Source: an uncultured Chloroflexia bacterium (lineage in GTDB: Bacteria > Chloroflexota > Limnocylindria > Limnocylindrales > CSP1-4). Taken from it: a DNA stretch of 64,000 nt. This document shows, in pieces, positions 19,601-27,911 of this stretch. Below the pieces are notes generated by a model. The model had not been told where the DNA came from and did no database searches. It worked only from the letters and a program-made list of their open reading frames with translations. The stretch lies in NCBI GenBank assembly GCA_963781845.1, contig CAWAHN010000016.1, positions 265,713 to 329,712 of the forward strand. Reading direction: 5' to 3'. Each line of letters opens with the position of its first letter. Within the stretch, counting starts at the first letter, position 1. A program made the translations under genes and the position numbers.

Positions 19601-19953
19601 CGACGGTCACGACCGACGAGCGCCTCGGCGAGCTCGCCCTGCTCCGGGCGCTCGGCCTGTCCCAGCGCCAGCTGTCGACGTGGCTGACGGTCGAGCAGGT
19701 CTTCCTGCTGGCCGTCGGGCTCATCGGCGGGTCGGCGCTCGGATGGCTCCTGGCCTGGCTCGTGCTTCCGTTCTCGACGCTCAGCGCGAGCGGTGCCGCG
19801 GTGATCCCGGCGCCGGTCATCGTCGTCCCGTGGGAGTCGATCCTGCCGGTGTACGCGGTGACCGTCGTGATCCTCGTCGGAGCCGTCCTCATCCTCGCCC
19901 GGCGGATGCCCGCATCGAGCGTGAGCAGCATCCTTCGGGCGGGCGGGGAATAG
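16636..19953 (+). CDS. Very large FtsX-family ABC permease (two FtsX modules with large extracytoplasmic domains)
   Basis: TTG 16636 has GGGAGG upstream. There are repeated 4-TM FtsX-like blocks, with a C-terminal block LGELALLRALGLSQRQLSTWLTVEQVFLLAVGLIGG. Confidence 0.85.
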   Translation: MLRTIGLWRAVVNRSRADRSVVTAAFVLLVCAITLVATGVLYGDTVAIGGLRRAVLDAPAADRAVVVRTSARVDDIPALDGVVREQLTEAIAPTGGDVALVARSASLAPVGLDSTAARSRLTALASFEDLDRHTTLTAGRWPVVGRDPLEATLSEGAAAALGLKVGDRVELSRSSSGPSIGVEVVGLWRPAVDDTYFLGDQLDLGGVRTEPQLTTRGPFVVALADLEGSPVGRDLTVEWRGVPSIDGLQVDRVDALRGGIDGLKPRLREALPRGRDIAVLTGLPGILTDVGRSILVSRSGVTLLTIQFAVLAGYAVLLVAGLLVERRRSETALLRSRGATSVHLVGLAFGEALLLTVPATILAPVLAVGAVRFIGSIGPLADTGVVPAVGIDARLVAVSALAGLACVVVLTLPALAMGGLPLGIRASLGRPVGRTMAQRLGIDLVLVVLAGVALWQLRLYGAPLTHDAHGVLGIDPLLVAAPAIGLLAGAVLCTRLIPRLAEIGERVLGRRRGIVPPLGSRQVARRPLRYTRSALLLVLAAALGTFAAASAATFARSQVDQAAYQSAGDARVAMSDYPDLPDWAVGSADRSVPGVTAATPVNLASLEIGRTVRDGRVLAVDPTAVQAMLTMPPDDGPTPALLDKLVAARPTTTAVAIPGEPRRLGFTVDADLSVNAEASGGTEVPTDWDAVGLTVVVQDADGRLHRIDGGTMGPKATGHRIEVPLSSMVDGLVTRPAYPLRLVGLELDLTPPTNLVVDGSVELTGLSASSTEAGPDWTPVAFDPGAAGWSWNRTAAEGTTAYRPPAGSPGRIEAGLGDDASPAVFGSFDRPGAIYRLTTSPSGDGILPAIAGDRLLASTGARVGDTIAVTSEAHPITVRIVGRTASFPPLDPDSAFLVVDGATFDLLTFSATNYPVIADEWWLSLDPAGSDAALATLRSAPYSAAGIVERDQLSRMLAGDPVWLGVVGVLALGAVAAIVFAAIGFIVSATVTTDERLGELALLRALGLSQRQLSTWLTVEQVFLLAVGLIGGSALGWLLAWLVLPFSTLSASGAAVIPAPVIVVPWESILPVYAVTVVILVGAVLILARRMPASSVSSILRAGGE

Positions 19954-19955
19954 GC

Positions 19956-22712
19956 GTGGCCTGGCTGCGGATCTCGCTTCGCCGCCTCGGGCAGGAGCGC
20001 GTGCCCGCGCTCGGCCTGATCCTCCTCGTGCTGGTCACCGCGTTCCTGTTCGCCGTGGCGCCGCGCTTGCTCTCCCGAGTCGCGGACGATGCACTGCGAG
20101 CCGAGGTGTCGGGGGCATCGGCGGCGGTGCGCGACGTCCAGCTGATCCAGGAACGCCGGCTCGGGACCTCCCGCGACGACCCGATGGCCCCGGTCATATC
20201 GGCCGGCGCCGACCTCGGGTCCGAGATCCCGCCGTCCGTCAGCCGTCTGTTCGCGGACCGGATCTACACCGTCGACACCCCGCGGTTCCGGGTGATGTCG
20301 TCGACGAGGACGCCGAGCCTCCTCTCGCTGCGGGTGCAGCAGGGCGTGGCCGACCACATCCGATACACCGAGGGCCGCGCCCCGACGGGCGCGCTGCAGG
20401 CCGTGCCCGGCGGTCCGGGCACGGCGACGACGCCCGGGCCGACCACGGCCTTCGAGGTCGCCCTGTCGACCGAGTCAGCATCCGGGATGGGCGTCAAGGT
20501 CGGCGACACCCTCCAGCTCATGCTCGACGCGACCGACCGGCTCAACCGGGCGAAGCTGCACAAGGCGGCCGTCACGGTCGTCGGGATCTTCGACGCCACC
20601 GATCCGCGAGACCCGTACTGGTCGGACGACACGACGCTTCAGCGGCCGACCAAGCTGGCCTTCTCGCCGGAGAACATCCTGCTCAACGCCGTCGCCCTGA
20701 TGGCCCCGGAGGCATATCCCGTCCTGCTCTCGGACACCGATGAGATCGGCCTCCCCCTCCGCTATGCGTGGCGCTGGTACGTCGATCCGACCCGGCTCGA
20801 GGCGAGTCAGGTCGACGACCTCGAGGTCGGACTGCGGCGGATGGCGACCGTCTACCTGGCGACGCCGTTGGGCTCCGGACCCGCCTCCGGCACGCTCCTG
20901 CGGAGCGGCCTGCTCGGGTTCATCGAGGGCCAGCAGGAGCGTTGGGCCTCGGTCCGGGCGATCCTGACCGTCGTCGCGATCGGGCCCGCGGCGGTCGCCG
21001 CAGCCGCCCTCGGACTGACCGTCCTGCTCGGGTCGAGCCGACGCCGGAGCACGCTCGGCCTCGCCCGGAGCCGCGGTGCGTCGCCGGTCCAGATCGTCGG
21101 CGCGACCGCCCTTGAAGGCCTGGTCCTGACCGTCCCCTCGGCGCTCATCGCCGGGGCCCTCGCCACCGTCGCGGTCCCGGGGCCGGTCGATCCGCCGACG
21201 GTGCTGATCCCGTTGTTGGTCGCCGCGGTCACCACCTCGCTGATGGTCGCCATCGTCGTCCCCGTGGCGCGGGGCACGTCGTCCGACCGCCGGCGCGATC
21301 CCGCTGAGGTTCGTCGGTCCTCGCCGCGACGGCTGGTCGCCGAGCTGTTCGTCATCGGGCTGGCCGTCGGCGGGGCGATCCTGCTCCGCGAGCGAAGCAT
21401 CCGGGGCGGGGGGAGCACCGGCCAGCTTGCCTCGGCAGACCCGTTCATCGCGGCGGTGCCAGCACTGGCCGGCCTGGCCGCCGGACTCATCGCACTCCGC
21501 CTGTTCGCGATCCCGATCCGCGGATTGTCCGTGCTGGCCGGCTTTCGCCGCGATCTCGTCCCGGTCCTGGGCCTGCGACGGACCGCCCGGAGCGGGACCG
21601 CCGCGCCGATCCTCCTCGTCCTGATGTTGACCGCGACGGTCGGGGCATTCTCGCTGGCGACGCTGGCCTACCTCGATCGTGCAGCGGAGGTGGTCGCCTG
21701 GCAGGATGTCGGGGCTCCGTTCCGGCTCGTGGAGGGGGACGGCCACCTGGCGTCGGACATCGACACCGTGGCCGCGTCGTTGCCCGGCGTGACCGCCGCT
21801 GCCGGAGCAGCGCAACTGAGCCTTCCGACGGCCGGCCCCGGCGGTGTCGAGCTGCTCGCCCTCGACACCCCCGGATACGCCCGCGTCGCGCAAGGGACGC
21901 CGCTCGCCGGCGACCTCCCGGCCGCGCTCGGATCGCCCGTCGCGGGACGCCTGCCGGCCATCGTCTCGCCGCTGGGCGTGGTCGACGGGATCCGGCCGGG
22001 CGACCCGTTCGAGCTCCGCTTCGGCGTCGACAAGGTCGAGCTGACCGCCGTGGCCGTCCGGGACGCCTTCCCCACCCTGCCGCCGAACGGCCCGTTCGTC
22101 GTCGTCGACCGGGCGGGCCTCGCCGCCAAGGCGCCCGACCTCGGCCTGGACTCGACGACGGTCTTCCTCGCCGCCTCCGACGACGCGGGGTCCGGCATTC
22201 GGAACGCGATGCGGACGATCGCGCCGGGCGTCGCCGTCGAGGCCCGTTCGGAGCGCTCCGCCGCGATCGCCTCGGCGCCGGTCGTCGGTGCCGCCTCGAC
22301 CGGCGTGGACGCGGGCCTCGCCGCGGCGCTGGCCTACGCCGCCATCGCGCTGGCGGCGGCGCTCGCCCTGACCGGGGCGGCGCGTGCGCCCGAGACCGCC
22401 CACCTGCGGACGCTGGGCCTGACCAGGAGCGAGAGCCTCTGGCTGACGCTCGTCGAACACGGCCCGACCGTGGCCCTCGCCGTCGGCTTCGGGATCATCC
22501 TCGGGACGGGCACGTTCGAGGCCCTCCGACCGGGCCTCGGGCTGGGCGCCATCGTCGGCTCCGACCTCGACGTCCCGGTCCGGGTCGGGTTGGAGCAGCT
22601 CGGACTGCTCACGGCGGTCATCATCCTGATCGTCGGGCTGGGAGTCGGGCTCGGCGCGCTCGTCGAGCGTGAGCCCTCCGCGCCCGCCGCCCTGCGTCGA
22701 GGCATCCAGTGA
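19956..22712 (+). CDS. Second large FtsX-family ABC permease
   Basis: GTG 19956 lies 2 nt after the previous stop, and the upstream part of track ORF 19395..22712 overlaps the first permease out of frame. The N-terminal TM reads LGLILLVLVTAFLFAVAP and the FtsX-like blocks include RSRGASPVQIVGATALEGL and LRTLGLTRSESLWLTLVEHG. Confidence 0.8.
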   Translation: MAWLRISLRRLGQERVPALGLILLVLVTAFLFAVAPRLLSRVADDALRAEVSGASAAVRDVQLIQERRLGTSRDDPMAPVISAGADLGSEIPPSVSRLFADRIYTVDTPRFRVMSSTRTPSLLSLRVQQGVADHIRYTEGRAPTGALQAVPGGPGTATTPGPTTAFEVALSTESASGMGVKVGDTLQLMLDATDRLNRAKLHKAAVTVVGIFDATDPRDPYWSDDTTLQRPTKLAFSPENILLNAVALMAPEAYPVLLSDTDEIGLPLRYAWRWYVDPTRLEASQVDDLEVGLRRMATVYLATPLGSGPASGTLLRSGLLGFIEGQQERWASVRAILTVVAIGPAAVAAAALGLTVLLGSSRRRSTLGLARSRGASPVQIVGATALEGLVLTVPSALIAGALATVAVPGPVDPPTVLIPLLVAAVTTSLMVAIVVPVARGTSSDRRRDPAEVRRSSPRRLVAELFVIGLAVGGAILLRERSIRGGGSTGQLASADPFIAAVPALAGLAAGLIALRLFAIPIRGLSVLAGFRRDLVPVLGLRRTARSGTAAPILLVLMLTATVGAFSLATLAYLDRAAEVVAWQDVGAPFRLVEGDGHLASDIDTVAASLPGVTAAAGAAQLSLPTAGPGGVELLALDTPGYARVAQGTPLAGDLPAALGSPVAGRLPAIVSPLGVVDGIRPGDPFELRFGVDKVELTAVAVRDAFPTLPPNGPFVVVDRAGLAAKAPDLGLDSTTVFLAASDDAGSGIRNAMRTIAPGVAVEARSERSAAIASAPVVGAASTGVDAGLAAALAYAAIALAAALALTGAARAPETAHLRTLGLTRSESLWLTLVEHGPTVALAVGFGIILGTGTFEALRPGLGLGAIVGSDLDVPVRVGLEQLGLLTAVIILIVGLGVGLGALVEREPSAPAALRRGIQ

Positions 22713-22725
22713 GGCGAGGAGGCCG

Positions 22726-23625
22726 ATGAGTCGAGCCCGCTACGGCGAGAGCGCCCAGATCGTGTGCGACAACCTGGTCCGGATCTTCAAGGTGGCGGAC
22801 CTCGAGGTCGTCGCGCTCCAGGGCCTCGACCTGCTGGTCGACGCCGGCGAGATGATGGCGATCGTCGGCGCGTCGGGGAGCGGCAAGTCGACCCTGCTCA
22901 ACATCCTGGGCGGCCTCGATGCGCCGTCGGCCGGCCGAGCCCGCGTGGCGGGCCACGACCTGACCGCGATGGGCCGACGCGAACGGACGGCCTATCGGCG
23001 TTCCGTGGTCGGGGTGATCTGGCAGCAGGCGGCCCGCAACCTGCTGCCCTACCTGACCGCGGTCGAGAATGTCGAGCTCCCGCTGATCCTCGATCGGCGG
23101 GCGGCGCGCCGGAGTCGCGCGCTCGAGCTGCTCGATCGGGTCGGCCTGGCCGATCGCGCCAGCCATCGACCGGACCGGTTGTCCGGGGGCGAGCAGCAGC
23201 GGGTCGCGATCGCCGTCGCCCTGGCCAACGGACCCGCGGTCGTCCTCGCCGACGAGCCGACGGGCGAGCTCGACAGCGCCACGTCGGCCGAGATCTTCGA
23301 GCTGATGCGGACGATCAACGCGGATTCCGGGACGACCATCGTGATCGTGACCCACGACGCGCTCGTCTCCGAGCATGTCGCCCGGACCGTTCGGATCCGC
23401 GACGGCCGGACGAGCACCGAGACCCGTCGCCGGACCGAGCAGGGCGACGACGGCAGTGCGGTGGTCGCCGAGGAGTTCGCGCTGCTCGACCGCGTCGGCC
23501 GGCTCCAGCTGCCGAAGGCCCACATCGAGGCGCTCGAGCTGTCCGAGCGGGTCCGCCTGCGACTCGAGGACGACCACGTCGGCGTCTGGCCCGACCGGCC
23601 GACGGACGACGAGGCCGAACGATGA
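22726..23625 (+). CDS. ABC transporter ATP-binding protein (MacB/LolD-like) with a C-terminal extension of roughly 70 aa
   Basis: ATG 22726 has GAGGAGG upstream. Walker A is GASGSGKSTLLN, the signature is LSGGEQQRVAIA and Walker B is VVLADEPTGELD. The tail reads ...LLDRVGRLQLPKAHIEALELSERVRLRLEDDHVGVWP. Confidence 0.9.
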   Translation: MSRARYGESAQIVCDNLVRIFKVADLEVVALQGLDLLVDAGEMMAIVGASGSGKSTLLNILGGLDAPSAGRARVAGHDLTAMGRRERTAYRRSVVGVIWQQAARNLLPYLTAVENVELPLILDRRAARRSRALELLDRVGLADRASHRPDRLSGGEQQRVAIAVALANGPAVVLADEPTGELDSATSAEIFELMRTINADSGTTIVIVTHDALVSEHVARTVRIRDGRTSTETRRRTEQGDDGSAVVAEEFALLDRVGRLQLPKAHIEALELSERVRLRLEDDHVGVWPDRPTDDEAER

Positions 23626-23643
23626 CCCGGCAGGGACGCGGCC

Positions 23644-24342
23644 ATGACATCGACCCTGGACGGGCCGATGGTCGAGGCGATCGGCGTGGATCGGGACTTC
23701 GTCGACGGCGGATCGGTCGTCCACGCCCTGCGCGCGATCGATCTGACGGTCGCCCGCGGGGAGCTGCTCGCCGTCCGCGGCCGTTCCGGCAGCGGCAAGA
23801 CGACCCTGCTCAACGTCCTCGGTGGGCTCGACCGTCCGACCGCCGGCCGGGTGCTCGTCGACGGGATCGATGTCGCCGGCCTCGACGAGGCCGGGGTGGT
23901 CGACCTCAGGCGGTCATCGGTCGCCTACATCTTCCAGGCCTTCGGGCTCGTCCCGATCCTGAGCGCCGCGGAGAACGTCGAGATACCGCTCCGCCTGGTC
24001 CGGACCGAGGGGCTCGAGCGCGACCGTCGCGTCTACGACCTGCTCGACCTTGTCGGGCTGGCCGAGCGTGCCCGACACCGGCCGTACGAGCTGTCGGGCG
24101 GCGAGCAGCAGCGAGTCGCGATCGCCCGGGCGCTGGCCAATCGGCCCAAGCTCCTGCTGGCCGACGAGCCGACCGGCCAGCTCGATTCGGAGACCGGCCA
24201 CACGATCATGACCCTGCTCCGCACGATCGTCGGATCGGAAGGGGTGACGGCGGTGGTCGCCACCCACGACCCGGCGATGCTCGACGTCGCGGACCGGGTG
24301 GTCGAGCTGCGCGATGGCCGGCTCGGCGACGCTGGCCGCTGA
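23644..24342 (+). CDS. ABC transporter ATP-binding protein (second ATPase)
   Basis: Walker A is GRSGSGKTTLLN, the signature is LSGGEQQRVAIARAL and Walker B is LLLADEPTGQLD. Confidence 0.9.
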   Translation: MTSTLDGPMVEAIGVDRDFVDGGSVVHALRAIDLTVARGELLAVRGRSGSGKTTLLNVLGGLDRPTAGRVLVDGIDVAGLDEAGVVDLRRSSVAYIFQAFGLVPILSAAENVEIPLRLVRTEGLERDRRVYDLLDLVGLAERARHRPYELSGGEQQRVAIARALANRPKLLLADEPTGQLDSETGHTIMTLLRTIVGSEGVTAVVATHDPAMLDVADRVVELRDGRLGDAGR

Positions 24343-25021
24343 GGTGGGCGGCGTCATCGCCCTGATCCCCGCGTACGAGGAGGCCGAGCGGGTCGGCGCG
24401 GTCGTGACCGCCGCCCTGTCCCGGCTGCCGGTCCTGGTGGTCGACGACGGCTCGACCGATGGGACGGCCACCGTCGCCGCGGATGCCGGCGCGACCGTCG
24501 TCGTCCAGGTCCCGAACCGGGGCAAGGGGTCCGCCCTCCGGGCCGGCTTCGCCTGGGCGCTGGCCCGCGACGTCGAGGCCGTGGTCACGCTCGACGCCGA
24601 CGGACAGCACGATCCGGCCGAGATCCCTGCCTTCCTCGACGCTCATCGGCGGACCGGCGCCGACCTCGTCATCGGTCGCCGCGACTTCCACCGGATGCCC
24701 CCGACCCGTCGACTCGCCAACGAGCTCGGCCGCCGCGCGATGTCCTGGGCCGCCGGCCGCGACATCCCCGACAACCAGTCGGGATACCGGCTGTTGAGCC
24801 GCCGGTTGATGGCCGCTCTCGAGACGAGCGAGGAGGCCGGTTTCGAGTTCGAGGTCGAGATGATCACGACCTGCATCCGTGCCGGGTTCGTGCTCGAATG
24901 GGTCCCGATCCGGACGATCTACGCGGGCGAGGCCTCGCACATCCAGCCGCTGCGTCATCTGTCGAGCTTCGTCCGGATCGTCCGGACGACCCGGCGGACG
25001 GTGCGCACGCCCCTGCCCTGA
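24314..25021 (+). CDS. Family 2 glycosyltransferase
   Basis: ALIPAYEEAERV..VVDDGSTDGT...LDADGQHDP...NQSGYRLL. The start is ATG 24314 (overlapping the ATPase) or GTG 24344. Confidence 0.8.
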   Translation: MAGSATLAAEVGGVIALIPAYEEAERVGAVVTAALSRLPVLVVDDGSTDGTATVAADAGATVVVQVPNRGKGSALRAGFAWALARDVEAVVTLDADGQHDPAEIPAFLDAHRRTGADLVIGRRDFHRMPPTRRLANELGRRAMSWAAGRDIPDNQSGYRLLSRRLMAALETSEEAGFEFEVEMITTCIRAGFVLEWVPIRTIYAGEASHIQPLRHLSSFVRIVRTTRRTVRTPLP

Positions 25022-25022
25022 C

Positions 25023-26000
25023 CTAGCCGGGACGGTCGAGCCGTGCGGCGTCCAGCTCGGCGATCCGGTCCGGCCCGACCCGGCAGCAGCCGCCGATCAG
25101 GGTGGCGCCGGCCTCGACCCAGCGGCGCGCGGCGGTCGCATCGACGGCCGGACCGGAGGTGCCGACCCACCGCCTGAGGTCCGCGTCCCACGCCTCGCCG
25201 CTGTTCGGATAGACGACGATCGGTTTGTCGGTGACATCCCGGGCGCGCCCGATGAGCTCGGTCACATGCTCCGGCGCCGTGCAATTCACCCCGATCGCCC
25301 GGATCCGGTCGGTCATCCCGGCCAGGCCGAAGGCGGCCTCGACCGGCTCGCCGCTTCGGATCGTGGCGCCGTCGGCGCAGGTGAAGCTGAGCCAGGCCGG
25401 CGGGCCGACGGTCGTCGCCAGCAGCTCGGCCAGCGCGCGCCCTTCGCCGACCGAGGGGATCGTCTCGATCGCCAGGAGGTCGGCGCCGGCATCGGCCAGG
25501 ATGGCCATCCGTGGGGCGTGCCAAGCGCGCAGCTGCCCGGTCGTCAGGCCGTCGTCGCCGCGATACTCGGACCCGTCGCCGAGCATCGCCCCGTATGGCC
25601 CGATCGACGCGGCCACGAACAGCATCGGCGCCGTCGCCCCGCGCTCGGCCAGCTCGGCCACGTGTCGATCGCGGGCTTGACCGGCGAGCGCGACGCTCAG
25701 TCGGAACAGATCGGCGGCTCCGGACACGCCGATCCCCCGCGCGGCGAAGCCCTCGAAGCTCGCCTGGTAGCTGGCGGTCACGGCGACCCGGGCCCCCGCG
25801 CGGAAGTAGGCGAGGTGCGCCTCGAGGATCGAGCCGGGCGCCTCGACCAGCAGGCGAGCCGACCAGAGCCGATCGGACAGGTCGTTCCCGCGTCGCTCGA
25901 GCTCGGTCGCCAGACCGCCATCGAGGACGGTGACCCGGTCACGTCCGAACAACGCGTCGACGGGATGGTCGGATGGGACGGACGGAGGTGGGCTGCGCAT
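25023..26000 (-). CDS. mmuM: Homocysteine S-methyltransferase
   Basis: LDGGLATELERRG, IETIPS, IGVNC and the C-terminal IGGCCRVGP. ATG 26000; the track ORF extends upstream as an Arg/Asp-rich shadow. Confidence 0.85.
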   Translation of the reverse strand: MRSPPPSVPSDHPVDALFGRDRVTVLDGGLATELERRGNDLSDRLWSARLLVEAPGSILEAHLAYFRAGARVAVTASYQASFEGFAARGIGVSGAADLFRLSVALAGQARDRHVAELAERGATAPMLFVAASIGPYGAMLGDGSEYRGDDGLTTGQLRAWHAPRMAILADAGADLLAIETIPSVGEGRALAELLATTVGPPAWLSFTCADGATIRSGEPVEAAFGLAGMTDRIRAIGVNCTAPEHVTELIGRARDVTDKPIVVYPNSGEAWDADLRRWVGTSGPAVDATAARRWVEAGATLIGGCCRVGPDRIAELDAARLDRPG

Positions 26001-26026
26001 CCGTTCGAAGGGTACCCGGACATGAC

Positions 26027-26056
26027 GGAGGGGCGTGCCTCGCGACACGCCCCTCC
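26027..26056 (-). terminator. GC-rich hairpin between the VWA gene stop and the mmuM start
   Basis: GGAGGGGCGTG-8 nt-CACGCCCCTCC gives an 11-bp stem. No U tract follows. Confidence 0.35.
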
Positions 26057-26104
26057 GGGTCTCGGGGACCCTAGGTCCGGGCTCCGATCGGAGTCCCGCC
26101 GGGA

Positions 26105-27514
26105 TTACTCCCGATGGTTCCGTCGGCGGGACCGATTCGACGTCGGGCTCAAGAGTCCGACCGCCACGGCGATCCCGAGGAGGGCGATGAGGATGATCGG
26201 CAGGCCGGATCCGGTCCCGCCGGTGCCCGAGCCGTCGATCGTGTCGGTCGGCGGCAGGGTGGTCTTCGGCTTGGAGGTCTCGCCCTTCACGTCGCCCGAC
26301 GGCGGTGCGTCGGTCGGGGTCGGGACGGCCTCGGTCGGGGTCGGCTGAGCGTCGGTCGGCGTCGGGGTCGGCGTCGCCGTCGGGGTCGGGGTCGGGGTGG
26401 GATCGGCCACATCGACGTGGGCCTGGGACGTGTCCTTGACCTCGGTGTTGCCGTCGTGGCCGGTGGCCGTGGCGACGTCCGTGGTCGATTCGGTCACATC
26501 CGTCGTGCACTTGAAGGTCCAGGTCTCGTCGATGTCGAGCTTGTTGTCGCCGTCCGTGTCGCCGGACACGAGGTCGATCTGGCCGCACGACGGCTTGTCG
26601 GTCACGTCGACGTTGGTCAGCGCGACGTTGCCGGCATTGGTGACCTTGAACGTGTAGGTGACGTCACCGCCACCGGCGTCCAGCTGATCCGGGTTGGCCG
26701 ACTTGACGATCTTGATCCCAGGCGTGCAGGCGATGTCCTCGAAGATCCCGTCGAACAGGTCGGGCAGGTCGCTCCCGGCCACGACGTGGCGATACGCGCT
26801 GGCGGGCTTGGCGAGCGACTGCATCAGCGGCAGGTCGACCTGGCTGAGACCGGTCCCGCCCTCGCCGACGGCGACCGAGTAGACCACGTCGGCCGAGGCC
26901 CGGAAGTCGTCGATGTTGGCCTGCGTCGGACGCGAGCCGCTGAGGTTCGTGTTGTCCGGGTTCGGCCGGCCGTCCGAAAGCAGGATGATCACGTGCTTGA
27001 CGGGGAGCCCGCCGCGGCTGGCTTCGCCGTTGGCCGTCATGTCGCCGGCACCGACCGCCATCCCCTGGCGGAGCGGCGTGTTGCCGGCCGAGGTCAGGGC
27101 ATCGATGTGGCTCTTGACGGTGCCCGCGCCGGAGGTCCCGAGCGCGAGGTCGACCGACGCCGCACTGTTGCCGAACTTCGACAGTCCGACGTGGTGAAGG
27201 TTGGAGCCGCCACCGACGCCACCGGTCGCGTCGAGCGAGTCGACGAGGCCGTCGGCGGCGTTCTTGGCCCAGTACAGACGAACGTGACCGTCGGTGGCCC
27301 ACTGGGCCTCACCCATGCTGCCCGACCGGTCGATGATGAACTCGACGTCGAGCGGCATCCGGCCGCATCCGGCGAGCGGATCGGCGGCGAGCGCCGCCGG
27401 CGCGATCTGCGAGCCGACGGGGACGATCGCAGCCGAAGCCATCAGCAGGCCTGCGGCGGCGGCGGTCCCAGCCGACCTAAGGTGCCCGCGCATCCGGGCC
27501 GTGGTTGCCGTCAT
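26105..27514 (-). CDS. Secreted von Willebrand factor A protein with DUF11-like repeat, PT linker and C-terminal anchor
   Basis: ATG 27514 has GGAAAGGGA upstream. There is a signal peptide and the MIDAS motif FIIDRSGSMG...ILLSDGRPN. The repeat reads DVTYTFKVTNAGNVALTNVDVTD and the linker PTPTPTPTATPTPTPT. The tail is TLPPTDT...LPIILIALLGIAVAVGLL-SPTSNRSRRRNHRE. Confidence 0.85.
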   Translation of the reverse strand: MTATTARMRGHLRSAGTAAAAGLLMASAAIVPVGSQIAPAALAADPLAGCGRMPLDVEFIIDRSGSMGEAQWATDGHVRLYWAKNAADGLVDSLDATGGVGGGSNLHHVGLSKFGNSAASVDLALGTSGAGTVKSHIDALTSAGNTPLRQGMAVGAGDMTANGEASRGGLPVKHVIILLSDGRPNPDNTNLSGSRPTQANIDDFRASADVVYSVAVGEGGTGLSQVDLPLMQSLAKPASAYRHVVAGSDLPDLFDGIFEDIACTPGIKIVKSANPDQLDAGGGDVTYTFKVTNAGNVALTNVDVTDKPSCGQIDLVSGDTDGDNKLDIDETWTFKCTTDVTESTTDVATATGHDGNTEVKDTSQAHVDVADPTPTPTPTATPTPTPTDAQPTPTEAVPTPTDAPPSGDVKGETSKPKTTLPPTDTIDGSGTGGTGSGLPIILIALLGIAVAVGLLSPTSNRSRRRNHRE

Positions 27515-27631
27515 TCGATCCCTTTCCTTTCGCTGCGCCGGAGCCGGCGGACGATCTCTGCGCCCTTGGACGGCCGGTCGTCGCGACCTGGAAGGTCGGA
27601 AGCGGCGCGGTCCCCGAGAAGGCGTCCGGAA

Positions 27632-27765
27632 GACCCATTCGGGTCATCCATGCCTAGTACCTTAGTCAGGGGTACTTAACGGTAGACATTACAAATGACC
27701 AGATTCCGACCTGATTCAGCTACCTTCCGTTGACGAAATGCGACAGTCTGGTCGGTTCGGTTAGG
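27632..27765 (-). promoter_or_regulatory. Conserved AT-rich intergenic module, copy A (upstream of the VWA gene)
   Basis: It aligns end to end with 30161..30293. Shared blocks are CTAGTACC-TAGTCAGGGGTACTT, GACATTACAAAT, CTTCCGTTGAC and GGTTCGGT-AGG. The inverted arms AGTACC (27656-27661) and GGTACT (27671-27676) are present. Confidence 0.5.
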
Positions 27766-27891
27766 AATTGTCTTGAGTTGGGTCATCCAGCCCGGTGGGG
27801 TGCGGTCGAGGGAGGTGTCGATCCTCGGACCCGATCCGGACGACCGACGACCCGCCGGTGCAGCCAGCGGGTCGGGTCTGGACGTGCGGAT

Positions 27892-27909
27892 GGCCGGGGC
27901 GCCCCGGCC
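27892..27909 (-). terminator. Palindrome GGCCGGGGCGCCCCGGCC immediately after the TadG-like gene stop
   Basis: It has perfect 9+9 nt inverted symmetry and lies 2 nt from the stop codon (27912-27914). No U tract follows. Confidence 0.4.
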
Positions 27910-27911
27910 GG

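Noticed and set aside
26001-26104. The mmuM 5' leader considered as a SAM-type riboswitch.
   Set aside because: Only generic GC-rich hairpins are visible and I cannot recognise any conserved riboswitch core. They are equally well explained as terminators of the upstream VWA gene.
26310-26405. The periodic GGTCGGGG/CGTCGG repeats, considered as a tandem repeat or CRISPR-like array.
   Set aside because: They are the coding sequence (minus strand) of the PTPTPT linker of the VWA protein. There is no spacer/repeat architecture.
27676-27789. A 37-codon AT-rich ORF (MTQLKTIPNRTDQTVAFRQRKVAESGRNLVICNVYR) inside conserved module A, considered as a missing Flp-type prepilin or small protein.
   Set aside because: It has no hydrophobic segment or G/XXXXEY-type motif. 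In copy B the same frame is closed by a stop because of the 1-nt indel, and the differences between copies are not concentrated at third positions.
27641-27789. The 10-bp direct repeat GGGTCATCCA (27641-27650 and 27780-27789) flanking module A, considered as a target-site duplication of a MITE-like insertion.
   Set aside because: Copy B has no equivalent flanking duplication. The left repeat is itself part of the block conserved between copies, and no terminal inverted repeats are evident.
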